Assembly (NCBI GenBank): GCA_017612555.1
Contig: JAGAFR010000051.1
Location: 31,233-95,232 of the forward strand
DNA from: Lachnospiraceae bacterium
GTDB lineage: Bacteria > Bacillota > Clostridia > Lachnospirales > Lachnospiraceae
Direction of reading: 5' to 3'
Length of the DNA stretch: 64,000 bases
Each line of letters opens with the position of its first letter. Positions within the stretch are counted from its first letter, which is position 1. Below the pieces are notes generated by a model, which saw only the letters and a list, made by a program, of their open reading frames with translations, was not told the DNA's origin and made no database searches. Below, piece after piece: positions 45,455 to 54,283 of the stretch. The translations under genes and the position numbers were made by a program.

Positions 45455-46693
45455 ATTTCTTTCTTTTGAATCCATCCTGACCAGATCCATGATCGCTTTA
45501 TCCGCGATAAGTTCGGTCCATGCTTTGTGCGCTGCGCGGCGAAAATCATCCGATACGGGCAGCCTGCCTTCAACGAAGGGGCAGCTGTACGGTACGTCCA
45601 TATAGTACAGGACCATTTCAAGCTCTCCGTCATCCGATATACAGGGTTGCAGCGGGAAAGTGCGGCACTGTATGGGGCGAAGCCTGCGGTCACACTTTTC
45701 CATCCCCGGGCAGCGGACAATATACACATACTCTCCCCACGACTTCGGAAGATCATGTTCTTCTCTTTTCTGGCGCTCGATATGCATGTCACACCCGGCC
45801 GATTCCAGATACTCCTTCTCTCCCGGGAGCAGATAGATGTATGAATCCCCGTCGTCAAATGACGAATCGCTGCAACATATGCTTCCGCAGTGTCTGCCGC
45901 AGTCATAGTCCGCGGGACCGATATTCTCCAGCATCGCATATATTTCACCATACTTTTGTATACTGAGCATGCTTCCCGCTTCCCGGCCGGAAGAAGACGT
46001 GATCATTTGTATCTCCTCATTGGACAGTTCCCTGTACTCCCCTTCCGAGAGCGCAGGATCGAGCTGCAGTCCTCCTATGGAAAGTCGCTGCAGGTACACT
46101 ACTTTCTTCCCTCGCGAAGCGACCATGCGCTTTACCTGATGATATTTTCCCTCGCTTATCGTAACAACGGCTTCCGTTCCGTCATCCGATGAGATCTCAA
46201 GCCTTGCCGGAGCAAGCTCTGTTCCGTCGCCGAGGGTGATGCCTGCTGCAAATGCAGATACATCCGTCCCGTCAAGAGGTGCATCCGTTCGGATCAGGTA
46301 ACGCTTATCCACATGATTTTTCGGGCTCGTGATCCTGTGCGCCAGATCACCGTCATCGGTTATTATGAGAAGCCCGACGCTGTCCTTGTCAAGACGTCCC
46401 ACCGGAAAGAGGCCTTTTCTCATATCCGCCGGAAACAGATCGATGACAGTCTTATCATCCGCATCTTCCGTTGAGCTGACTACTCCCGCAGGCTTATTGA
46501 GCATATAGTAGACATGCTCCCTGTATATGACCCTCCGTCCGGCAAGGAGCACTTCATCGGAGCGGCTCACCTTCATCCCGGGATCTTTTGCCACCACGCC
46601 TCCGACCGTTACACGCCCTTTTCGGATATGCTCTTTTACTTCACTCCTGGTCCCCGCGCGAGACAGAGCCAGATATTTATCAAGTCTCATCAT
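45440..46693 (-). CDS. RsuA/RluB-type pseudouridine synthase (S4 domain + catalytic domain) fused to a C-terminal YkgJ/UPF0153-like cysteine-cluster domain
   Basis: 417 aa. S4: MRLDKYLALSRAGTRSEVKEHIRKGRVTVGG. Catalytic motifs GRLDKDSVGLLIITDDG and KYHQVKRM. After ~residue 245: CGRHCGSICC ... RCPGMEKCDRRLRPIQCRTFPLQPC ... YSCPF. Confidence 0.75.
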   Translation of the reverse strand: MMRLDKYLALSRAGTRSEVKEHIRKGRVTVGGVVAKDPGMKVSRSDEVLLAGRRVIYREHVYYMLNKPAGVVSSTEDADDKTVIDLFPADMRKGLFPVGRLDKDSVGLLIITDDGDLAHRITSPKNHVDKRYLIRTDAPLDGTDVSAFAAGITLGDGTELAPARLEISSDDGTEAVVTISEGKYHQVKRMVASRGKKVVYLQRLSIGGLQLDPALSEGEYRELSNEEIQMITSSSGREAGSMLSIQKYGEIYAMLENIGPADYDCGRHCGSICCSDSSFDDGDSYIYLLPGEKEYLESAGCDMHIERQKREEHDLPKSWGEYVYIVRCPGMEKCDRRLRPIQCRTFPLQPCISDDGELEMVLYYMDVPYSCPFVEGRLPVSDDFRRAAHKAWTELIADKAIMDLVRMDSKERNSKLA

Positions 46694-46736
46694 TTCTCCC
46701 GTTACATGACTGCCCGTTTATAAATACTCTGTTTTA

Positions 46737-46745
46737 TGGTATTAT
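46737..46745 (+). promoter_or_regulatory. Possible extended -10 promoter element for the diguanylate cyclase gene
   Basis: TGGTATTAT (TGn + TATTAT) 34 nt upstream of ATG 46779. The -35 is weak. Confidence 0.35.
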
Positions 46746-46778
46746 CATATTCAGTATTCAGAAAAAGAAGTCACCTTT

Positions 46779-48431
46779 ATGAATAATAAATCGATCAACA
46801 TACAAATACTTCACGCGATATATTGTATCACAGTGATCGCGATACTGGGATATGCAGTCTTTGGCACCGATCTTACTCAAGGCGGCAGCAAACGTTATGA
46901 CTGGAGCAGGGGCTGGGAGACTGATGACGGTAGGATCATAAGCACGGACGACATCCGCGCAGGGGCTGAGGGCATCACCATCTCCAAGGAACTACCCGAT
47001 GCCTTCAATGCAGATGATTCGCTGTGTTTTGTTGCCGACAACATATCTTTTACCCTTAGCATCGGTGATGATGAGATATACAGTTTCACATCCGAAGAAA
47101 ACCTTACAGGTAAAGGCTACGGCATATTGCGCCAGAGTTTTCCGCTGCATCCGCAGTACGCGGGAAAAGTTGTCACCATCACGCTCAGATCCGTGTTCGA
47201 TGATAGCGGCCGCGATACCGACGGTGACGGACAGATCCAGAATATGTGCATATGCCCGGAAAAAGCTCACACGGCTATCCTTCTTCTCGGAAGGCTTCTT
47301 TCCGCTCTCCTGTCACTCCTGATCATATTCTTCGGAGTTCTCCTGTCAGGCATATACATTGCAGTACCGCGAAAGGACCTGCTGCTCTTTAACATGGCGG
47401 CTCTCGGTCTTATGGCAATACTGCTCGGCCTCTGGTGCTTTATACAAACCGGATTCATACAGCTGATCACGGGAAGAACGATAGGTCTTCGCATACTGAC
47501 GTATGTACTCGTGATATTTGTGGAATACCCTACTCTTGTTTTCGTCAACTCATACACGATACTCAAGAAGAGCGCATATACGAAGATCATGTTTGCATTC
47601 TGGCTGATGTCTTTCGCATCCCTTTTTGTCATGCGTTTTACGCTCGGGATCGATTGTCATAACACACTGCCTTTGTTCAGTTTCAGCTATGGTGTCGTCC
47701 TTTTCTTTCTTGCCTGCATCCTTATAGAAGACATAATGTACTGCAAGGCCAACAACATCACACGGAACCGGAAACATTTCGTTACCGGTGCGATATGCTT
47801 CACGGCCTGCTCTGCGGTAGAGATACTGTCATATGTTACCAAAGAAAAGATCATCTCTTCAAACGGCAATATGCTTCGCATCGGACTGTGCTTCTTTTTC
47901 TTCGAGATGCTCATGCAGTTCCTGTATTGGTGGTCTGGTGAACAGGAAGGAAAAGAACAGCTGATCAGGATCGGCTTCAACGACCTTATGACCGGTACCG
48001 GAAACAGACGTGCTTTCGAGGAATTTTCGAAGACCGGGATCATCCGGGACGGTACATACGGTTACCTGATGTGTGATATAAACGGACTTAAGCAGGTGAA
48101 CGATGTGGAAGGACATGATGCGGGGGATGCTCTCATCAAGGACGTAGCCTCATGCATGCTTGAAGTGTTCGGCGAGAAAAAGGTCTTCCGCCTTGGCGGC
48201 GACGAATTTGTCGCAATTTCCGATACGGATAACGAAGGATCATTTCAGTCTATGGTCCGGGATCTTCGCGGCAAGCTCGATGAGCGAAAGCGAAGCGCTT
48301 CACTCGGCGCCGTGTTCGTAGAGAACAACAACATGGATTTCAGGGAAGTCCGCAAGGTTGCCGATAAGCTCATGTATGATGAGAAGGAACGCTTCTATCA
48401 GGGACGACACGAACGCCGACGAAGAAGATAA
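46779..48431 (+). CDS. Membrane diguanylate cyclase (7TM-DISM-like sensor + GGDEF)
   Basis: 550 aa. N-terminal extracellular region, then ~7 TM helices. C-terminal GGDEF domain: TGTGNRRAFEEF, YLMCDINGLKQVNDVEGHDAGD, FRLGGDEFVAI. Confidence 0.85.
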   Translation: MNNKSINIQILHAIYCITVIAILGYAVFGTDLTQGGSKRYDWSRGWETDDGRIISTDDIRAGAEGITISKELPDAFNADDSLCFVADNISFTLSIGDDEIYSFTSEENLTGKGYGILRQSFPLHPQYAGKVVTITLRSVFDDSGRDTDGDGQIQNMCICPEKAHTAILLLGRLLSALLSLLIIFFGVLLSGIYIAVPRKDLLLFNMAALGLMAILLGLWCFIQTGFIQLITGRTIGLRILTYVLVIFVEYPTLVFVNSYTILKKSAYTKIMFAFWLMSFASLFVMRFTLGIDCHNTLPLFSFSYGVVLFFLACILIEDIMYCKANNITRNRKHFVTGAICFTACSAVEILSYVTKEKIISSNGNMLRIGLCFFFFEMLMQFLYWWSGEQEGKEQLIRIGFNDLMTGTGNRRAFEEFSKTGIIRDGTYGYLMCDINGLKQVNDVEGHDAGDALIKDVASCMLEVFGEKKVFRLGGDEFVAISDTDNEGSFQSMVRDLRGKLDERKRSASLGAVFVENNNMDFREVRKVADKLMYDEKERFYQGRHERRRRR

Positions 48432-48496
48432 TATCGGTACTGTAAAGTTTTCTATGAATGGCGTGGCTCTCAAGAAGAATCAGGGAGAACAAAGAT

Positions 48497-48721
48497 ATGG
48501 ATGCAAACGGACTGGATCCGGAACAACAGGCATTACTTGCCAGCATAATGGGAAAATCACCTCAGGCAGGCGGAGGTGCGGCTTTTACCGCATCTCAGGT
48601 TAGTGCTGCTCCGGCGGCAGCTCCTACACCTGCGCCGGCTGCTGCAGCTTCTGCTCCTGCAGATCCCGGAAGAATGCTCTCACAGGAGGAAATAGATGCT
48701 CTGATCGCGTCCATGACATAG
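48497..48721 (+). CDS. Small Ala/Pro-rich protein ending in a FliM/FliY-like LSQEEIDALI motif
   Basis: 74 aa from ATG 48497 (GGGAGA RBS 8 nt upstream): MDANGLDPEQQALLASIMGKSPQAGGGAAFTASQVSAAPAAAPTPAPAAAASAPADPGRMLSQEEIDALIASMT. The middle is low complexity, so coding status is uncertain. Confidence 0.45.
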   Translation: MDANGLDPEQQALLASIMGKSPQAGGGAAFTASQVSAAPAAAPTPAPAAAASAPADPGRMLSQEEIDALIASMT

Positions 48722-48734
48722 TTTCAGAGACCAT

Positions 48735-49105
48735 TCAGCTGCTTCTGAATAAAGCCCGCATCACCGTTCTTCCACCGTGATCCCACAGGATCAGCATATA
48801 CCTGTCTGCCGGATAGTTTTCCGTGCTCCATGAAACGAAGTTCTCCAGCGTCTTCTCGTCTCCCATCGATGCGAGCGGTTCTGTTTTGTCAAGCTTGTAT
48901 GTATTGCCCTCAAGGTGGTAGAATCCGAGACTGTTCGTATCGATCGGTGGGATATCGGCATTGTCGGAGAATTCCTCGGTATGCCATTTTTCGCACCCGC
49001 CGGTCTGCACCACAACATTAACAACAATACCGCAACTACTATCGCTATAACGAGGAGGACTATCTTCGCTGTTTTTTTATTATTGTTGGTGCTATTCGTG
49101 TTCAA
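48735..49105 (-). pseudogene. Remnant of a clostripain-like (C11) peptidase gene: frameshifted N-terminus, truncated after the catalytic His region
   Basis: Frame A (from TTG 49105) gives a membrane anchor: MNTNSTNNNKKTAKIVLLVIAIVVAVLLLMLW. Frame B (49013..48735) gives ...TLENFVSWSTENYPADRYMLILWDHGG, which resembles the C11 His motif. It then diverges and stops, so no Cys-containing half is present. Confidence 0.45.
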
Positions 49106-49129
49106 CTACCGGGGATATTCCTCTCTTAC

Positions 49130-49546
49130 TCATTTAGGCGACCAGTTTTCCTGTAAGTCTTCGATAACAACATTCTCATCTACTTTCACTGCTACCTGAT
49201 ATTCATCCTCATATACGATCTCTCCGGGAAAGTTCGTATACACCACATAGTACGGATGCTCATATCTTTCAAGCAGCCACATCAGCGGTCCGATCATCTT
49301 CATCATCATCTCGCTGTTTTCGGTCTTGAAATAGCATATTACCTTTTCCTGCCGCTTACACTGCGGGGGCCATGGCAGCTCCTGGGCAAACCACGAATCG
49401 ATCTCTTTAAAGAGCTGGACATCTTCATCATCCATCACCCCGTTTGTTACCATCTGATTGAGCATGCTGAATATACCCTTGCCGGTCCTTGTATTAACGG
49501 CAAGTTCTTTTCCCTGTATCCTGCAATATTTAAACTTAACAGCCAT
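49130..49546 (-). CDS. Hypothetical cytoplasmic protein (138 aa)
   Basis: MAVKFKYCRIQGKELAVNTRTGKGIFSMLNQ.... No TM segment or recognisable motif. Co-oriented downstream of the guaA-like gene. Confidence 0.45.
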   Translation of the reverse strand: MAVKFKYCRIQGKELAVNTRTGKGIFSMLNQMVTNGVMDDEDVQLFKEIDSWFAQELPWPPQCKRQEKVICYFKTENSEMMMKMIGPLMWLLERYEHPYYVVYTNFPGEIVYEDEYQVAVKVDENVVIEDLQENWSPK

Positions 49547-49592
49547 AATATATCCCCGCTACCCGATGATCCTGTTGTCAAAGAACCGTTGT

Positions 49593-50570
49593 TTATTCGT
49601 ACTCGATCGTGGCCGGGCCCTTCGTGGAAAGGTCGTAGAGGACACGGTTTACGCCGGATACTTCGGCGAAGATTCGGTCGCGTATCTTCTTTAAAAGGTC
49701 ATACGGGATCTCTTCGATCGTGGCGGATGTTGCATCGGTTGAATTGACTGCGCGGATGATGACCATCCAGTCGTCGGTACGCTTGCCGTCCTTGATACCC
49801 GTTGATGTAAAATCGGGTACAACGGTAAAGTACTGCCATACTTTTCCTTCAAGACCTGCTGCTGCAAATTCTTCGCGAAGGATCGCATCGGATTCGCGGA
49901 CAGCTTCAAGTCGGTCGCGTGTTATGGCGCCAACACATCTGACACCAAGACCGGGTCCCGGGAACGGCTGGCGGTATACCATGTTATCGGGAAGCCCCAG
50001 CTGTTTTCCTACGACTCTGACTTCATCTTTGTACAAATACTTCACCGGCTCCACAAGTTCAAAATCAAGCTCTTTCGGAAGACCTCCCACATTATGGTGT
50101 GCCTTTACTCCGTCAGACTCGAGTATGTCGGGATATATCGTTCCCTGTGCAAGGAAACGGATACCGTCCTGTTTCCTCGCTTCATCCGCAAACACATCTA
50201 TGAATTCCTTACCGATGATCTTACGCTTTGTCTCGGGATCCGATACACCTGCAAGCTTATCGAGGAATCGGTCTACAGCGTCTACGTATATGAGGTTTGC
50301 ATCCATCTGATCGCGGAATACCCTGATGACCTGCTCGGGCTCTCCCTTACGAAGGAGTCCGTGGTTTACGTGTACACATACAAGATTTTTGCCTATGGCT
50401 TTAATGAGAAGTGCGGCAACTACCGATGAATCAACGCCGCCTGAAAGTGCAAGGAGAACTTTACCGTCTCCCACCTGGTTTTTTATCGCTTCGATCTGAT
50501 CGTTTATGAAGTCGTTAGCGGCTTCGGGTGTTGTGATACGCTTAAGTGAATCGGGTCTTAAATCTGCCAT
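49593..50570 (-). CDS. guaA: GMP synthase ATP-pyrophosphatase + dimerisation domains only (no glutamine amidotransferase domain)
   Basis: Start trimmed to MADLRPDS (ATG 50570, GGAGAA RBS). PP-loop LALSGGVDSSV. GTIYPDILES, HHNVGGLP and the C-terminal end GPATIEYE match the C-terminal ~320 aa of GuaA. Confidence 0.8.
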   Translation of the reverse strand: MADLRPDSLKRITTPEAANDFINDQIEAIKNQVGDGKVLLALSGGVDSSVVAALLIKAIGKNLVCVHVNHGLLRKGEPEQVIRVFRDQMDANLIYVDAVDRFLDKLAGVSDPETKRKIIGKEFIDVFADEARKQDGIRFLAQGTIYPDILESDGVKAHHNVGGLPKELDFELVEPVKYLYKDEVRVVGKQLGLPDNMVYRQPFPGPGLGVRCVGAITRDRLEAVRESDAILREEFAAAGLEGKVWQYFTVVPDFTSTGIKDGKRTDDWMVIIRAVNSTDATSATIEEIPYDLLKKIRDRIFAEVSGVNRVLYDLSTKGPATIEYE

Positions 50571-50688
50571 GATGTTCTCCTTTTTTGAAATCAAGATTCT
50601 TCTCGCTGACACCTCAGGTCAGCTCCTATCTACATATCTTATCAATATCTTGGCAAATTCTCAAGTTCGGTATATTATATGGAGTGCT

Positions 50689-51438
50689 ATGGATCGTGTG
50701 GATTATTCACTCAAACTTCAGACAAACAGGACCGAGTTTGCACAGGGAATGCGTGACGGCATACCTATAGGACTCGGTTATTTTGCGGTGGCGTTCTCGC
50801 TCGGTATCACGGCAAAGACCATTGGGCTTCATCCTCTGACCTGCATGATCACAAGCGTGCTCTGCCACGCATCGGCAGGTGAGTACGCGGTATACTCAAT
50901 GATCGGTGCTGCCGCAACATATGCGGAGATGGCGATAATGGTCCTGATCGCGAATGCGCGCTATCTTCTTATGAGCTGTGCCATGAGTCAGCGCATGCAT
51001 CCGCGTCTTTCTTTTTTTCACAGATTGTTTATGGGATTCGGTATAACCGATGAACTGTTTGGCATATCGATCGCGCGTCCGGGACATCTTAATCCGAACT
51101 ATATGTATGGCGGAATGCTCATCTCCATCCCCATGTGGGCACTCGGTTCCGCGATAGGATGTTTCTCCGGAGGTGTCCTTCCCGAAAGAGCGGTAAGTGC
51201 ATTATCCGTTGCTCTTTTCGGAATGTTCCTTGCGATCATAATCCCGCCCGCTGCAAAGGATAGGGTCATTGCAGTGCTCATAGTCGTATGCTTTGCTGCA
51301 AGCTATGCATTTACCAGATTATCGATATTTGACGGTATCTCAGGCGGCACAAAAACAATAATCCTGACGGTCGTCATTTCTGCGATAGCGGCGATCCTGT
51401 TCCCTCATAAAGAAGAGGGCGAGGAGGAGATATCATGA
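50689..51438 (+). CDS. azlC: Branched-chain amino acid exporter, large subunit AzlC
   Basis: Start trimmed to MDRVDYSLKLQTNRTEFAQGMRDGIPIGLGYFAVAFSLG (GGAG RBS). Polytopic. ATGA-coupled to azlD. Confidence 0.8.
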   Translation: MDRVDYSLKLQTNRTEFAQGMRDGIPIGLGYFAVAFSLGITAKTIGLHPLTCMITSVLCHASAGEYAVYSMIGAAATYAEMAIMVLIANARYLLMSCAMSQRMHPRLSFFHRLFMGFGITDELFGISIARPGHLNPNYMYGGMLISIPMWALGSAIGCFSGGVLPERAVSALSVALFGMFLAIIIPPAAKDRVIAVLIVVCFAASYAFTRLSIFDGISGGTKTIILTVVISAIAAILFPHKEEGEEEIS

Positions 51439-51740
51439 ACAGGAGCGTGTTCATCTACATAACGATTGCGGCTGTTGTAAGCCTTCTGATAAGAGCGCTT
51501 CCCACTACTCTCCTGCGCCGACAGATCAGGAACAGTTTTGTGCGCTCGTTTTTGTACTATGTTCCTTACGTAACCCTTTCGGTCATGACTTTTCCCGCGA
51601 TAACACTGGCCACGAAAAACCCGCCGGCAGGCTATGCTGCACTCATCGTCGGGATCATCGTGGCCCTTGTAAGAAAGAATCTGTTTGAAACAGCCGTCAT
51701 GTGCTGTCTTACTGTTTTGCTGACAGAATTTCTGATCTGA
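51435..51740 (+). CDS. azlD: Branched-chain amino acid exporter, small subunit AzlD
   Basis: 101 aa, 3-4 TM, immediately after azlC with a 4-nt overlap. Confidence 0.75.
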   Translation: MNRSVFIYITIAAVVSLLIRALPTTLLRRQIRNSFVRSFLYYVPYVTLSVMTFPAITLATKNPPAGYAALIVGIIVALVRKNLFETAVMCCLTVLLTEFLI

Positions 51741-52536
51741 TACCCAGCTTCTCGCCTGCAGTCACCGGCGTTTCCACCCCAAGCGCGGACGCCTGCAGTA
51801 TCTCGTCATAAAGGAACAGTCTGTCCTTTTCGAAAAGAAGTATGATCGTCGATCCGCCGTACTTGAAAAATCCCTTTTCCTCTCCTCTTCTGAACGCATG
51901 ACGTCCGTGGTGATTTTCTATCCTGCCCACGAGCATCGCACCCACTTCCATCTGAACAACTCTTCCGAAGTTACGTGTCTTCATCACAGTGAATTCGCGG
52001 CTGTTCTCGGTGAACACCGGAACCTTCTCAAGCGCGATCGGCTGCACCGTATGGAGCTTACCCTGTATGAAATGATTGGGTCCTTTTATGCCGTCATCAA
52101 AATAATGATATCTGTGGTAGTTATCAACGCACAGTCTGAACACTAGGCAGTATCCGCCTTCATAGCGCTTCGCAAGCTTTCTTGAATGAAGGAGCCTGGG
52201 AATGGAATACTGTGACTGCTTGACCGGAAGCACGGTCCCATCTTCTATCTCATATACCGTAAGAAGTCCGTCGCACGGCGATACAAAAGCTGCCGGATCC
52301 GCATCAAAGGGTCTCATGCCCGGAAGAACACGGCGCACGAAGCAGTCGTTGAAGCACTTCATGTCGTGGGTAAAATACTGAGACATATCGATCCCATTCG
52401 CGCGAACGAAAGGACGGATAAGAAGCGCCGACACCGGCGAGTCCATAAACCATCCGACTATACGTGATATGAAAGGTGCAGCAAGTATCCGAAGGATACT
52501 TCTTCCGACAGGTGTGTTGTAAAGAAAATCAAGCAT
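51709..52536 (-). CDS. psd: Phosphatidylserine decarboxylase proenzyme
   Basis: Start trimmed to MLDFLYNTPVGRSILRIL (TAATG overlap with the pssA stop). The self-cleavage motif region FKYGGSTIILLF (G-S-T) lies near the C-terminus. Confidence 0.85.
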   Translation of the reverse strand: MLDFLYNTPVGRSILRILAAPFISRIVGWFMDSPVSALLIRPFVRANGIDMSQYFTHDMKCFNDCFVRRVLPGMRPFDADPAAFVSPCDGLLTVYEIEDGTVLPVKQSQYSIPRLLHSRKLAKRYEGGYCLVFRLCVDNYHRYHYFDDGIKGPNHFIQGKLHTVQPIALEKVPVFTENSREFTVMKTRNFGRVVQMEVGAMLVGRIENHHGRHAFRRGEEKGFFKYGGSTIILLFEKDRLFLYDEILQASALGVETPVTAGEKLGIRSEILSAKQ

Positions 52537-53228
52537 TATTTCATCGACCTCAATATTGCCATTATCATGAATTCCACGGCACCAATGCCGCACAGTATCA
52601 GTACGCCCTTTAATCCCGGTTTTCTGACTTCGATCTTGGATACGAACAGGTATCCGACAAGAAGCATGACACCATAGTATACGACAGTCATGTCAAGCGG
52701 GGTCATGAACTGAAGGAGCATCACGAACGGGAAAATAAGTGCTGCACTTGTTACCGGAAGTCCGGTGTATGCTTTTCTCTTTCCGCCTTCCTCTTTCTGA
52801 CGCTTCTCTTCCATAACGTTGAAGTACGCAAGTCTTATCATCGCCATCAGAACATAGAGCATCATGACAAGCATTGCAAGGACCGGAACGATAAAGTCAA
52901 GCCAGTTTCCGGTGTGGAGCTTCGGCACCATTGAAAACTCCGGATTCTGCCATATCATCGCTTCACCTATGACTGCGGGAAGCACTCCGAACGCAACAAG
53001 ATCCGACAGCGAATCGATCTGGATACCGAACTTGATCTCGTCTTCGGTCCTGTTCTTCTTGCGGCGCGCAACCTCTCCGTCAAACGCATCACACAGTCCG
53101 CAGAACAGGAGGAAGAAAGTTCCGAGGAACGGATGTCCCTGTCCGATGAGTGATATCGTGATCCCCAGTCCCGCTGAGACAAGTGAGAGATATGTCAGTA
53201 TAACCGTGTAATTATAATATCCAAGCAT
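52536..53228 (-). CDS. pssA: CDP-diacylglycerol--serine O-phosphatidyltransferase
   Basis: 230 aa polytopic protein with CDP-alcohol transferase motif DAFDGEVARRKKNRTEDEIKFGIQIDSLSDLVAFG. Confidence 0.85.
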   Translation of the reverse strand: MLGYYNYTVILTYLSLVSAGLGITISLIGQGHPFLGTFFLLFCGLCDAFDGEVARRKKNRTEDEIKFGIQIDSLSDLVAFGVLPAVIGEAMIWQNPEFSMVPKLHTGNWLDFIVPVLAMLVMMLYVLMAMIRLAYFNVMEEKRQKEEGGKRKAYTGLPVTSAALIFPFVMLLQFMTPLDMTVVYYGVMLLVGYLFVSKIEVRKPGLKGVLILCGIGAVEFMIMAILRSMK

Positions 53229-54283
53229 CAGTCATTGTCCTCATTTCCAAATATCTTGATCCTTCTGTTAAGTGAAAAATATCCTATCCCGACTATCAGT
53301 ACGCATGTAAGGACACATATGTAAAAAGACACGCCTCGGCTCGCAAGTTCAAGACTTGTTGCATCCTGTTCACTCATAAGGTCCTTCATTCCGTCAAGGA
53401 GCAGAGCGTCTATGACACCGATCGCTCCCGGGATCGGAACGCAGTTGGAACCGATGACGGAAAATGCATGCGTGGCCCATATATCAAGTGCCATGGAACC
53501 CTTCCCTCTTCCTGCGAGAAAGATCATGACCGACACACATATCTGAAGGCATCTCTGCACAAGGTTATAAATGAAGCATTTGATGAGCATGCCTCTGTGT
53601 CCGTCGATCATATTGGCACAATCGCTGTACTCTTTTGTTATACGGTCAAGCTTCTTCTCTAAGCGTCCGGTATTCCTGATCAACTTGATCTTACCGGATA
53701 AGCGGATGATGAAAGAGCCTATCGAATGCACCCAGTCTTCTCTTTTTATAAGAAGTATGGTAAACACAACAAGCGTTGTGAGTATCACATATCCTATGAT
53801 GATCAGCGCTTTCGACGGCATAACAAAGTTCATGAAAATACCCGGGCGGAGCACAAGCGCGATGAGTCCTATCGTCATTATCGATGCGTTATACATTACA
53901 AGATTTAAAAGAAGGGCAACCGCACTTACCGCCGCGGGCACGCCGTCGGACATCATAAAGAAAGCACACGCCGGCTGTCCTCCCGTAGCCGAAGGAGTTA
54001 TCGCCGAAAAATAAATATCCGCCGCGGAGTATACTACTCCTTTATGTATCGCTCTTTTGTATCCGAATGCCTTAAGCACCGTCAGTATCGCAAAACCCTC
54101 AAACAGTATGTACGATATCATGCACACCACTGCCATGACTATCCAGAACGGATTCGCATCACGAAAATAGTTCTTGAAATCCTTCAGCGAATAATCCTTG
54201 AGATGGCTTGCTACAACCCAGATCGACAGAGCCGCAAGGGCAAGTGCTATGGCAGACCATATTTCATTTTTCTTCTTTGTCAA
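53228..54283 (-). CDS. UPF0104 / MprF-transmembrane-like (flippase-like) membrane protein
   Basis: 351 aa, ~8 TM. Apparent TTG start overlapping the receiver-gene stop (TTGA). The general pattern resembles the lysylphosphatidylglycerol-synthase TM-region family. Confidence 0.6.
   Translation of the reverse strand: MTKKKNEIWSAIALALAALSIWVVASHLKDYSLKDFKNYFRDANPFWIVMAVVCMISYILFEGFAILTVLKAFGYKRAIHKGVVYSAADIYFSAITPSATGGQPACAFFMMSDGVPAAVSAVALLLNLVMYNASIMTIGLIALVLRPGIFMNFVMPSKALIIIGYVILTTLVVFTILLIKREDWVHSIGSFIIRLSGKIKLIRNTGRLEKKLDRITKEYSDCANMIDGHRGMLIKCFIYNLVQRCLQICVSVMIFLAGRGKGSMALDIWATHAFSVIGSNCVPIPGAIGVIDALLLDGMKDLMSEQDATSLELASRGVSFYICVLTCVLIVGIGYFSLNRRIKIFGNEDND

Noticed and set aside
45415-45951. 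178-aa minus-strand ORF and several plus-strand ORFs overlapping the pseudouridine synthase fusion
   Set aside because: These are alternative frames of a gene whose main frame has clear S4, RsuA and Cys-cluster motifs. They carry no independent signals.
50605-50678. Inverted repeat GCTGAC-N7-GTCAGC and a TTGGCA-17-TATTAT promoter in the guaA-like/azlC divergent region
   Set aside because: The repeat is short (6 bp arms). The candidate -10 sits only ~10 nt from the azlC start codon, which would make the RBS untranscribed. The geometry is unconvincing without TSS data.
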